NCBI GenBank assembly: GCA_964016885.1
Contig: OZ024741.1
Location: forward strand, 178,870,001-178,934,000
Direction of reading: 5' to 3'
Source: Eledone cirrhosa
Taxonomy: Eukaryota
DNA length: 64,000 nucleotides
Shown here: in pieces, positions 39,814-51,224 of the stretch
Layout: every line of letters starts with the position of its first letter
Position numbering within the stretch: position 1 is the stretch's first letter
Translations under genes and position numbers: made by a program
The notes under the pieces: model-generated
What the model saw: the letters and a program-made list of their open reading frames with translations, nothing else
Databases searched by the model: none
What the model was told of the DNA's origin: nothing

Positions 39814-41715
39814 CTACCTTTCCGCTTCCCGGGGTTCGGGTTGCACGACTTCCATGGGGTCAGGGGTGTTGGGTGAAGGGGTGTCTTGTGGTGGTGTGGG
39901 GTCGTCGGTGTGTGGTGGGGGTGGGGTGTTTGGAGTTGTGTTGGGGAGGGGAAGGGGAGGGGGAAAGCTTTTTAGTAGGACGCGGTTTATGGGTTTGACA
40001 GAGGGTGGTCCTACGTCCTCCTTAAAATCCTTTTTTAGTTTTTGGTAGAGGTTCATTGGGATTTTTATTAGTTTTAAATGTGGGTGGTTTTCTGATGAAA
40101 CAAAGTTTACACCTTCGGTTTGTACCGAAGGATTATTGTATATGAGTTCATTTAATTTATTATTGTTTCTGTTGATGTAAGTATAGTGTAATGTCTTTTT
40201 TTCCGATGGTGTGAGTGTTTCGAAGAGGGGAGGGGCAGGTTTGGTTTTGTTTGTTGCTGGAGGGGTGTTTTCTGTTTTGTTAGATTGTGTTGCGATTTGG
40301 GTGGGGGTTGTTTGTCCTTGTGTGTTTTGCACATGTTTTCTTTTTTTCCTTTTAATCTGTCTGAAGGACTCCGTTTCTTCCTCCGAATTCGTTGGGTTAT
40401 CTTCAGTGTTGGAGGGAAGAGGTATGTTTGCTGGTAATGTTTCCGTGTTGGTTTTCTTTGTGGGGGAGATGGATGTCACTATGTTAGACTGTGTTGTGTG
40501 TTGTGTCTGCGGTGGTTGTGTTGTTTTATTGAGTGAGAGGTTGGGTGGGCCTGTATTTTGTTTTGGGGTAATGTGTTGTGACTGTTTGTGTTGTGGTGGT
40601 GTTGTGGTGTTACTGAGGGACGGGTTGGGTGGGACTGAGTTTTGTTGTTTGTTTATCTGTTGTGGTGGTGGTGGTGGAGCTGGTGTTGGTAGCAGGGTTT
40701 TCTTTTTGTTGAGTTGGGGACAAGCGGCCTTCAGGTGCCCTCTGCCTGCACAGATATGGCAGGACGGTCTTCTCCCCTCCACGCTAATGTTTATATACCC
40801 GTGGTCCTCTAATAGGATTCTGTCGGGTATTTGGGCGATGCGTTCAGGCTTCATTTGTACTACCAGCTCTATACCTGTTCCACTGAACGCATTGCCTGTG
40901 GTTTTCCCAATGGAAATCACGTTGTCATTCACTGGATCGATGAAGCCAGCTATGAGCCAGCAGTAGTCCACATCTGGCATCATTGCATCCAGCCATATGC
41001 GTTGAGTTTTTTTCCCCATATAAGATGGATAAAAGGTGAAATTTTTCGAACGAACCGGTGACAAAGCACATTTTTTTGCCGCCGATTCGTTCTTCATGAT
41101 AATTGCTAGGCTTCCATACAGTCTGTCTTTTCTTATGAAAGTTGTTTCATTCAGTACTTCTGCGAGTACTGTTTTGATATCTGCTTGAGAAGGCTGTTCA
41201 GGTTTTTTTGTACTGTTGTTGATGGTCCGAAACTTGACCGTTCGGCTTTCAATGTCTTTCGTGAATTCTTGAGGCATTTTTACCAATAAAATACCATTCT
41301 CACCTTCACTTATGTATTGTTTTGCGTCCGTGATCCTTCGTACCACATCTGAAATGTTTTCCGCTATATAAGTCAAAGATTTCTTTGTTTTCTGTGCAAA
41401 TGAAATCTTGTCGTCTGCTTTGTTTTCTGATATGATGTTATTTTCAACTGTTATTTTTTTGTTTGTTGTGTCTTTGTTTGTGTTATTAGTATTGTCATGC
41501 AATTTTTCAAATTTTTTTTTTTCGTTGTTGGAATCCAAGTCCAGATTTATGTTTTCGTCATTTAATTTTTTCTCCGCAGATTCGTCCGTTTTTATTTTCA
41601 TTTTTCCTTCCTTCTCTATGACGTTAGTTGGGAAGGAAGGGAGGACTAAAGCGTGCGAGCTTACAACTCTTACCGCTGTTCCCCCACCACTATTTTCGTT
41701 CGCTGCGTTTAACAT
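39814..41715 (-). CDS. ORF1 of copy B, 633 aa, with CCHC zinc knuckle
   Basis: As copy A, with only a handful of amino-acid differences. Confidence 0.92.
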   Translation of the reverse strand: MLNAANENSGGGTAVRVVSSHALVLPSFPTNVIEKEGKMKIKTDESAEKKLNDENINLDLDSNNEKKKFEKLHDNTNNTNKDTTNKKITVENNIISENKADDKISFAQKTKKSLTYIAENISDVVRRITDAKQYISEGENGILLVKMPQEFTKDIESRTVKFRTINNSTKKPEQPSQADIKTVLAEVLNETTFIRKDRLYGSLAIIMKNESAAKKCALSPVRSKNFTFYPSYMGKKTQRIWLDAMMPDVDYCWLIAGFIDPVNDNVISIGKTTGNAFSGTGIELVVQMKPERIAQIPDRILLEDHGYINISVEGRRPSCHICAGRGHLKAACPQLNKKKTLLPTPAPPPPPQQINKQQNSVPPNPSLSNTTTPPQHKQSQHITPKQNTGPPNLSLNKTTQPPQTQHTTQSNIVTSISPTKKTNTETLPANIPLPSNTEDNPTNSEEETESFRQIKRKKRKHVQNTQGQTTPTQIATQSNKTENTPPATNKTKPAPPLFETLTPSEKKTLHYTYINRNNNKLNELIYNNPSVQTEGVNFVSSENHPHLKLIKIPMNLYQKLKKDFKEDVGPPSVKPINRVLLKSFPPPLPLPNTTPNTPPPPHTDDPTPPQDTPSPNTPDPMEVVQPEPREAER

Positions 41716-41946
41716 TTCTGTTAGACGATTGAAATTTTTTACACAAAATTTTTTAAAACAGGTTTTTCACCTCTAGGAGGGGTAAAGATGAGCTGACCCA
41801 CCGCCTGACAGTTCAGACGGAGGGTCAAGCTACACAATTGTATCAAAATTAAGTTTGAACTCACAAAATTTCCTCAATAAATTTGAACAAAACTTCTGTG
41901 CGAAGTGAATGACATCCACACTGTAGAACAGACGACAGCTAGATCT

Positions 41947-42028
<82 letters not shown>
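41947..42028. repeat. (GATA)n at the 5' flank of Tx1 copy B
   Basis: Read directly. Confidence 0.97.
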
Positions 42029-42029
<1 letters not shown>

Positions 42030-44104
42030 TCAGTGACGACTCTAGCACCACACGGCTAGTTCTATATAATTCAAACCAACAGTAAAGTTCTCAACACTAC
42101 TTTAAATACTTATAATACTTGCTCGGACCGTAAGTCCCGACTCGGGCTGACAAATTTCTACTCAAACAATTAAAAATAAATCCTGGCTTGTAATTTACTA
42201 AACTTTAAAGTATATAACTCTATTTTATAGCTTAAAAAGTTGACATTAATGAATTTTGATATTTCATAATGTTAGTCAAAGAGCAAATCTGCCCGTATTC
42301 CGCTTCTCTAGTTTGTTGAGTTTCTTCATGACGATATGAAAAAACAATGAAGACGGCGTATCGAATTATTGGTTTTATTCGTTTACAGACCAACAGTCAT
42401 ACCTAGATTATATCTAAAACAAAATGAAATCAAATCAAAGGAAAATTTTGTTTATGATCTGAGATGACAAAATATTGGAATTGAATATATTTATCAAACG
42501 CAAATATTTAATTTTAATAATTAACAATGTCGAAGGAATTCAGTTTCGGGTAAAACGTATCACGTTATCTTGATTAACTAGAAACAAATGTCTAGTACAG
42601 ATGGAGGACTGGTCTTATAACCTTCCGTCTCCAATTAAGATAATTCTTGATTTCCTGACTGTGATTAGAAGTGTCACTTTTGTCAGTTTTTCTCTTCCTC
42701 TGGTGTCTCTTAGATTCTTTGTCTTATCTGTCGAACACTTGCATCCTTCATGCCCCCCCCCCCCTCCCGCCCTTTAGTTTTAAATTATCACTTTAATCAG
42801 AAACAATTATTTAACTTTGAACAAATGAAAGCTCAAAGATATTGATTTCTTCTATTGATACAAGTCAATAAATTCTTATAGTAAGATACTACTGATAGAT
42901 AGATTACATTGAGTTCTATGGACTTCGGAGTAACGCCAATATAAAATTGAGACGAAATAAAACACTGGTATAGAAGTAAAATTGCGCGGAAAAGTGATTA
43001 CTGTGTTGACCACGTGATCGTAAGCTCATGGGTGCGATTTTTGTGGTGCTTTGCGAGATTTCATTTCACATTGCTTCAGACCACTCATCCGGAAAACAAT
43101 AGATACCAGTAGCAACTGGAGGTTAATCCTGTAACATTAACAGCCTGAAATTTAATCTGGAGCTCTATATAATTCTGCATGGAAATTATACGATTTCTCA
43201 TGAAAAGTGATATCATTTCTTCTAGTTGAATGCATATGGTTTATCATGCTAACGAGGAAACATAAAGTTCAACGGCTGTAAAACAATGTATTTTATGGGA
43301 AGAAATAAATACGCCCATATGGTTAAAACATATATATATATATATACAAGAATGTCTAAATATGTTGTATTCATAATTTAGATGTTCCGTGTAGAACTAA
43401 ATGGATCTAACTTGATTGTAACTTTAATAGAAAAGTAAAAATTTGAATAACACAACCAAAATGAATGAAGCAAAAGTACAATAGAAGAGTTTTAATGGTA
43501 AGTAAAGTTTATATCTCATACACATTTCCTCTGACGTCTATACTAAATTATTTACGATCAATGTGTTTTATCAAAAAGAGTAACAAAAGTTGCTGATGAA
43601 TGTTAATGTAAACTTAAGCAGCGCTGAAAATAAAAGACGAAACATGCGCCATTTTTATTTCATAGTTCATGTAGCAGACATGACTGTTACACTATTACAA
43701 GTAATAAATGAAAGTTTAAAACGTGATTTTCAAAATTATGTTGTGAGTATGAATAATTAATCCCATGCGTTATTGTTGAATGCTTACTTTCGGCGTATAT
43801 CTTTTCTATGGTTAAGAAAGTTCAACAATGCCAATCGCAAACAAACATCAAGATGAAGTCGGATTGCGATCTTATGTTAAGAAAGAACTTCTTTGTCAAA
43901 ACCATAATATATATTATTACATTTTTTAATGATGGTGGATCGACAGAAAGGTTAGTAGAGTGTTGGGCAAAATGTTTTGCGGTATTTCTTTCAAGTCGTT
44001 ACATTGTGTTTCAAATCCTGCAGAGATCATATTTGTCTTTAATACTACTGATGTTAAAGTACCAGTTAAATACTGTTGTTGATATAATCGACTTTCCCCT
44101 TCGC

Positions 44105-46030
44105 GTCATCACTGCATTAATGAGCACAGATATGTACGCCTTGGATATGTGCAGTATGTTTGTTGGTGATGTCATTGCTGTTGTACCGAGAGTACACTTT
44201 GTGATATGAATGCAATGTCTAGTAGTGCTATTTTTGTATGCAGTAGATATATTGTTGTCTATGGGGATTGTAATATCAATTAGAAGACATTTTTCTTTGA
44301 GGTCTTTCACTATAATATCTGGTCGATTGGCTTTGATCTTCCTGTCTGAATGTATTGGCATATCCCAGATTATGACTGCCTTATAATTCTCTGACACCTT
44401 TTCTCGTGTGTCTGTACCATCATTTTTCTATTGGTATTTAGTAGTGTTGGCATAACTTCCAGTGTATGTAACTTCCAACTCTATCATGGCTGTGGAAATA
44501 TTCCTTGTTGGCTACGAGTGGGTAGCCAGAGATAATGTGGTTAATTGTTTCTTCCCAACCTCCACATATTCTACAGTTACTATGTTCTACTTTACCTCAT
44601 TATGTACTTCTAGTGGTTTCTGGCGTAGGGGGTTTAATCTTGTGCTGCGATTAGCAGTCCTTCCGCCTAAGCTTTTAGTCCAGTGCTTCGTAGCTAATTT
44701 TGTGTGATTTGCTGGTCCCCACTATTCTGGTATTGGCCCTATAAAGGATTTTCTTTCCAACGTTTTAGCCTGGCATTCTTGAAATCTGTTTTCGATTAGA
44801 ATTTATGTTTTCCACAATTTCTGTTGTTTCTTCATTGTTTTCATTTTCCTCAAGTTTTTGTTTTGAATCTGTTGGTTTCTTTCAAGACAAAAAACATTCT
44901 ATTCTTTATTCAAATTTCGTGGCTATTTCAATTAACTTTCCTTTGTTCTCCATTGGATATTTTAGTAGTCCTATAGTAGTTATTTTATAATAGTTTCTAG
45001 TTGTATAAGTCCCCTTCCTCCTTGCGTTTATAGTAAGTAGAATCTTGCTACATCTGATTTTGGATGGTGTATTCTACATGCAATCATTATTTTTTTTTAG
45101 GGGGGGTCTTCTTCCCAATCCTGCTAGTTCATTTAGTTTCCGGTTCAGGATATTAAAACATTTGCTTATTACTGGGACAGTTAGAGTATTAATACCAGTT
45201 ACTTATTATTTGCATTTAGTTTTGTTTTAAGTAGTAATCTAATCCGTCTATAGTATTCCTTTCTAATCTTTTCTTTGACATGTGTGTGTTGAACCCTATC
45301 TAGTTCGTTGATTCCTAACTATTTGTATTTCTGTGTTTCATCTAATTATCTTATCTCAGTTTCTTTATTTAACGTGATATTTGTGTTTTTCACTAGTTTT
45401 CCACTCCTCGGAGTTGGTTTTGCGCATTTTTCTAGTCCAAATTTCACGCCTATTTCTTTTGTAAATCCATATATTGTCTGTGAGTGTTTTGAGTTGTCTC
45501 TATTCTGCAACATACAGCTTTACATCATCCATATAGAGTTAATTTTCTTTTTGCACCATTTATACCCCCAGTATAGTTCTGTGTAATGTCTCATATAATG
45601 TGTCAGTGATAGGCAGAAAAGCAGTGGTAATAGGGAGACGCCCCGCGGTTGTTCAGGTGTTGTATTCGTTGTTCTGAGTAGTTCTGTGCATAGTAATTTC
45701 CCTTCTCCTATTTATAATGTTTTCCACCTTTTTATTTAGAGTGCTCTATTTCCATGTCTGATATTTTTTTCGCTTTTAATATGAATCTCCTTAAATTTGC
45801 TAGATAGTTGAGGTCAAGTTTTAAATCAGATTGTGTATTTGTTTGTTTGTTTTTGCTAGGTTTTATATGTGTGTGTTATTGTGTTTTAGGTTATAGTCTT
45901 ACTGTAGGATTTGCGTGTTGAATCGAAATATATTCCTCTCGTGTCCATTTTTGTTATTTTGATATTATTTGAGACATCATTTAGGATGTTATTATTTTTA
46001 TAAGGTACCGCCTTTTATGCTTCTAAATTG
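44105..46030 (-). pseudogene. Decayed R4/Dong-like non-LTR retrotransposon (RT plus restriction-like endonuclease); boundaries approximate
   Basis: ENYKAVIIWDMPIHSDRKIKANRPDIIVKD..KCLLIDITIPIDNNI (RLE PD..D motif) at 44230-44400; SLLPLLFCLSL and LYMDDVKLY at 45515-45640. Confidence 0.8.
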
Positions 46031-46279
46031 GTACACTTCTTCGTAAAATTCTTTTCTTAAGTTCGAAGATCGAGCATCTATATAGCTATGTGATTCTTTT
46101 ATATAGCTACTTTTATATCACTACTTTTATAATATAAGCACTTATACAACAATCAATAGGTTTTATGTTCCTTACATGCATCGGTATTCCTTTTTTGCTT
46201 GTTTTTTTTTCTTCTTTCGTTTTTCTTTTGGTTGTAAGTACTCTGCGTTGTGTTGTGGTTGTTTTTCCATTTTTTCATC

Positions 46280-46362
<83 letters not shown>

Positions 46363-46551
46363 CACACACATGTATATATATATACATATATATATATATA
46401 TGTATATATATGTATATATATATATATATATACACACACATGTATATATATATATATACATATATATACATATGTATATATATATATACATACATATATA
46501 TATTTATATATATATGTGTATATATATAAATATATATATATATATATAAAT

Positions 46552-46636
<85 letters not shown>

Positions 46637-46637
<1 letters not shown>

Positions 46638-47087
46638 AAAATTATATTTAAATTGTTGGGTTACAACTAGTAAATATTTATAACTGATATAAAAGCACTC
46701 AACAAGTATTTGGAGTATATTTACGATATTAAATAAATGGAAACTATATTTATAAAACCATATTTATTTCATTATATATATTTCAGGGATATCATATTAA
46801 CAATATGTTATGCCTTCTTCAGACAAAATACAATATAGACAGTTTTATAAATAAATAGATTTGACATACCGTTCAACATCGACTTGTATTTGAAAAGTTG
46901 ATTTGGCAAATCAACTTTTCAAATACAAGTCGATGTTGAACGGTATGTCAAATCTATTTATTTATAAAACTGTCTATATTGTATTTTGTCTGAAGAAGGC
47001 ATAACATATTGTTAATATGATATCCCTGAAATATATATAATGAAATAAATATGGTTTTATAAATATAGTTTCCATTTATTTAATATC

Positions 47088-47090
<3 letters not shown>
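46637..47090. mobile_element. PLE-type fold-back: 184 bp palindrome arms (46722-47090, centre 46906) plus tail; hammerhead in both arms
   Basis: HHR on + at 46983-47046 (auuuugu-CUGAAGA-agg..cauauu-guu-aauaug..ccu-GAAA-UAUAUAUA-augaaau) and on - at 46766-46829. Same family as 27777-28028. Confidence 0.85.
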
Positions 47091-47155
<65 letters not shown>

Positions 47156-47156
47156 G

Positions 47157-47187
<31 letters not shown>

Positions 47188-47192
47188 GTATA

Positions 47193-47298
<106 letters not shown>

Positions 47299-47399
47299 AA
47301 TAAAGATTCAGCGATAATATATAATCTGCATATATATATAATCGCATTATATATATATGCATATATACATAAGTAAATACTGTATGGTAAGCAAATATG

Positions 47400-48810
47400 T
47401 TAATGTATTATGGCGGATGTAATAGATTTTAATACCCACTTTGTAAGGGGTAACCCCTGCGTACAAAGGTAGACGTAACTTTTCTATATATTCTTCTTGT
47501 ATATTTTTTATCGTTTCCTCTATATTTCCTTCTTCCCCCCATCCCTTCCTAGTCTTTCCACCCCAGATCTTCTTTGTCGTCGTTCTTTTCACCTTCTCGC
47601 CCACCCCGATGCACCCCTTCAGTCCTCTGTAGCCTCAGTACCTCCACCCCCCCTTATTTTATGACAGAATTGGTCGATTCCGCTTTTTATAGCAGATGTG
47701 CTAGACCCCAGATACTTGCTTTCTTCTCTGGTTGCTGCCCCATTTCCGAGATTCCTAGATTTCTTAGTGGTATTTCTGCTTTAGTTTCTCGTATATCAGT
47801 ATTTATTTTTTGGGATTCTGAATTAATTTTTCGTATTAGTTTTTCATATATATTGTACGAGTATTTATGTACATTGTATTAGAATTTATGTATTGTAACA
47901 GTATTTATATATATTGTATTAGTTTTTGTTACATATATTGTATGAGTATTTATGGAGATTGTATTAGAATTTATGTATTGTAGCAGTACTTACATATATT
48001 GTATTAGTTTTCATGTTTCGGGCTTCTGAATTAATATTTCGTATTAGTTTCGGGATTCTGAATTAATAGTTCGTATTAGTTTTTTTAGTATGTTGGTCCT
48101 CAACTTGTTGACCTGTCATTGTAAGATAGCTTTGGCCAATTACTACTAACTACTGTAGTGGTGGTAGACCCCCTGTAATGATGGCCTCATAAAATTCTTT
48201 CACTACAATCTCGTATTTAGTATTCCTTCCCGCCTATTAAACTTGTCTATAGCTTAGCTGTACCAGTGAGAGATTTGATGATTGTGGAAGGAGACTAGTA
48301 ACCAGAAATTGTTTGTTTTTTTTATATTTTTTATATTTTTTTATATATTTACTCCATTTAGATTTACTTATTGTTTCAACTCCCCCCCCCCCCCGCCCCT
48401 CCCCTTCTCTAGTATACTTTTTTCGGCTTTCTATACTTAGAATCTGCTGTAGTTTTCACTTTCAACGCTTGACTGGGTTTCCTCCACTCCCTCTCCCTCT
48501 TTCTTCTACTGGCAAGTTCAGCTACCCCTACATTCCACAAAATGCCATGATAGAATCATGTGTCTTAATAACAAAATGTTGACTAATCCTTGTGACAATC
48601 ACTTTTACCATATATGGAATTACCCCTGAGAAGTTCGGCTATTCATTTACAAGGCTAAAAATGTTCATTTAGTCCAGAATTAGCCGTCGAAACGGCTTGA
48701 GCTCGGCCGTCGGGCTCCTACTTGTTCCTATTACCCACTCCACTACCCTAAGTATTGAGTACTTTGGTGCGTTATGGTCCATCTGGTTCCTTACCACATT
48801 TCCTTCGTTA
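47400..48810 (+). mobile_element. PLE-type long 3' region / pseudo-LTR, homologous to 59272-60466, with a hammerhead variant at 48622-48715
   Basis: Shared blocks (ttctcgcccacccc, gtagcctcagtacc, gcttgactggg, accatatatggaattacccc); accc-CUGAGAA-..cggcua...uagccg-uc-GAAA-cggc..gccg-UC-ggg. Confidence 0.7.
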
Positions 48811-48884
48811 TATATATATATTTATTTATATATGTGTACATATATTTATTTATATATGTATATATATATATGTGTGTGTGTATA

Positions 48885-50107
48885 TACGACGATGGGTTGA
48901 AAAGTTCATGGGCTGACTATGAAGGAGTGATGCTAGAGCTATGAAATCTTGCATGCATTATTTCCAACTCTTCTAGTTAATAATTGCATTGTTTTGTTTT
49001 AAATAAACTGACATGTCACTGTTGAAAGGAAACTTCAAATGTAAGTAGTAGCGACTTATCTTCAAAATGGACAAAATTTGTCATGGTGGGTGTTACCAAG
49101 TACCTGCAGAAAAAGGGTTTACACCACCACCACCACCCCCACCCCACCCCCAAGGCCATTCATGCTAACATAGTTGCAACATTACAGGGTGATGCTCTTG
49201 TTTTGTCAGCATGCAAAAGAGGGCAGATGAATTTAGGACGGGGGGGAGAGTCATGAAGATGACCCAAGGTTTGGACGTCCAACAACTACCACCACCGAGG
49301 TAAACATTGATTATGTTCCCTACATGGTGATGGATCATATGCTCTTAGCACATCTCGTGAGAGAGTTGATAATAATCTGCGCAATGAATTTGGAATGACG
49401 AAGACTTTTGCTTGGTATGTGCCACGTCTTCTGACACCTGATCAAAAGCGTGCCAGGCAGATCATATCACAGGAAAATCTGACATTGCTTCAGGCAGATG
49501 CAGCTCGTTTCCTTGACCCTTTCCTAGCCCAGGATAAATGGTGCGTTCATCACTTTCAGCTAGAGAGAAAGAGACAATCCATGCAATGGAAACACCCATC
49601 CTCACCTGCTCCAAAGAAAGCCAAGGTCATTTCATCTCCAGGGAATGTGGTCTCAGTTTAGGAGGATACAAAAGACATTATGTTTATTGACTATCTTCCA
49701 AAGATCCCTACCATCAATGCTGAATACTATGCCAACTTCATGAGATTATCAAGGCTATCAAGAACAAACGCTAAGAAAACCACTCGAGATGGGTCCAGAA
49801 CACAAGTCTTTAGATTCTATGGGTGACTGTAGCTTTGAACTGGTTGATCATCCTCCCTATTCTCCTAACTTGACCTCATCTGACTATCATCTGTTCCCCA
49901 ACATGAAAAAACAATTGCCTGGGAACCAATATCGCAGTGATGATGACATTAGATCTGTTGTTAATGACTTTTTTACTAACAGAATGAAAGCTTCTTCATC
50001 AATGGGATCCAAGCACTGCAACACCGATGGAAAATGTGCATGAACCACAAGGGGGACTACAAACCTCATTTGGTCACATCCCATTAGAATATTTCAGCTG
50101 ATCCTTA
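48885..50107 (+). mobile_element. Decayed mariner (Tc1/mariner) DNA transposon
   Basis: WYVPRLLTPDQK (WVPHEL-like), KRQSMQWKHPSSPAPKKAK, LVDHPPYSPNLTSSDYHLFPNMKK (YSPDLAPSD-like); ~1.2 kb between TA dinucleotides; stops and frameshifts. Confidence 0.9.
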
Positions 50108-50173
50108 TATATGTATATAAATACACACACTCATACACAAACACACACACACACACATACACACACATATACA

Positions 50174-50212
<39 letters not shown>

Positions 50213-50312
50213 CGTTTTTGAATTTGTTTATAATAAATTGCAGTGAAAACCAACAGGCGCGTGTGTTTTCATTGGCAACATGGCCCTCCCAAAGTATAAC
50301 AATATATATACA

Positions 50313-50463
50313 CTAGAAGAGGAAGACCAAGGTTAACGTATGTTGATGCTCTAGGGACAGACACTGGTCTGTTGGAGACGCAGGACATGGCAGCGATAAT
50401 GAGGGACAGAGACCGCTGGAGAGAACTCGTCCATGGATCTCGGGAATTTTACCGGCCTTAGAT

Positions 50464-50468
<5 letters not shown>
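50313..50468 (+). mobile_element. 3' tip of an RTE-type LINE
   Basis: RRGRPRLTYVDALGTDTGLLETQDMAAIMRDRDRWRELV...* followed by a tagataga tail. Confidence 0.75.
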
Positions 50469-50519
<51 letters not shown>

Positions 50520-50600
50520 GTTATTCCGGGTTGAATCGGAGGTAACCACAGTAAGTAAGGTACTCAATACATAGCAGAGTTTAACAGTTTTAATATAGAT

Positions 50601-50653
50601 GAGATTCCTGATGATTTCTAATGAATGAAACAGTTCTAGTCCTGTAGAATCTC
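50601..50653 (+). ncRNA. Canonical type I hammerhead ribozyme
   Basis: Stem I gagauuc/gaaucuc (extends to 19 bp); CUGAUGA 50608-50614; stem II uuc-uaau-gaa; GAAA; stem III cag...cug; GUA with predicted cleavage after 50646. Confidence 0.75.
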
Positions 50654-50714
50654 ATCTATATTAAATATATATATATATATATATAGTTATAGTTATGTAA
50701 TAAACAACATAAGA

Positions 50715-50775
50715 TTTCATTTACCAGTGGTTTCTTGAAAGCAAACGAAATTTGCTTTCAGTCATCAGAATGAAA
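50715..50775 (-). ncRNA. Type I hammerhead ribozyme
   Basis: Reverse complement: uuucauu-CUGAUGA-c-UGAAAGCAAAU-uuc-GUUUGCUUUCA-a-GAAA-CCA-c-UG-GUA-aaugaaa. Confidence 0.8.
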
Positions 50776-50852
50776 AAGTCCTGGTGTATTTTTTGACAGT
50801 GGATTTTAAAAGCAAAATTATAATCTATATATATATATTAATAATAATAATT

Positions 50853-51180
50853 AGTTAGAACGTGGTATCAGAATATACTCATTAAGGTTATTCAGGTGTG
50901 ATTCTGGAATCAGTTGCTCATGATGAGCGATTGATTCCAGAATCTGTCCCGATCGATACAGATCGAACCTTGAACTGATCAATCGCGAAACACGCGTCAC
51001 AGCTGAATAATCTTAATGATAATACTCTGATACCTTGTTCCTACTTACTATTAATATTACACTCTGCTCATAAAGGAAACCGACCATAGTATAACACCAC
51101 GTACTATATATAAACGGAGCCACCTATGCATCGAGTGCTCAAGTCGGTGAACCAATAGTAACATAAGGTGACAATCCAGT
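50853..51180 (+). mobile_element. PLE-type fold-back relic with a 5'-clipped hammerhead (50920-51000)
   Basis: (a)UGAUGA-GCGAUUGAU...AUCAAUCGC-GAAA-C-acgc-GUC; IR ttctggaatcagttgctca/tgagcgattgattccagaa; relatives at 21045-21190 and 58700-58765. Confidence 0.65.
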
Positions 51181-51224
51181 AAACTTTATATATATATATA
51201 TGTATGTATGTGTATGTATAGATA

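Larger units (their letters stand above)
36129..41946 (-). mobile_element. Full-length Tx1/L1-clade LINE, copy B (5818 bp), both ORFs intact
   Basis: ~230 bp 5' UTR, ORF1, 33 bp spacer, ORF2, ~210 bp 3' UTR with AATAAA; (GATA)n on both sides. Confidence 0.96.
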
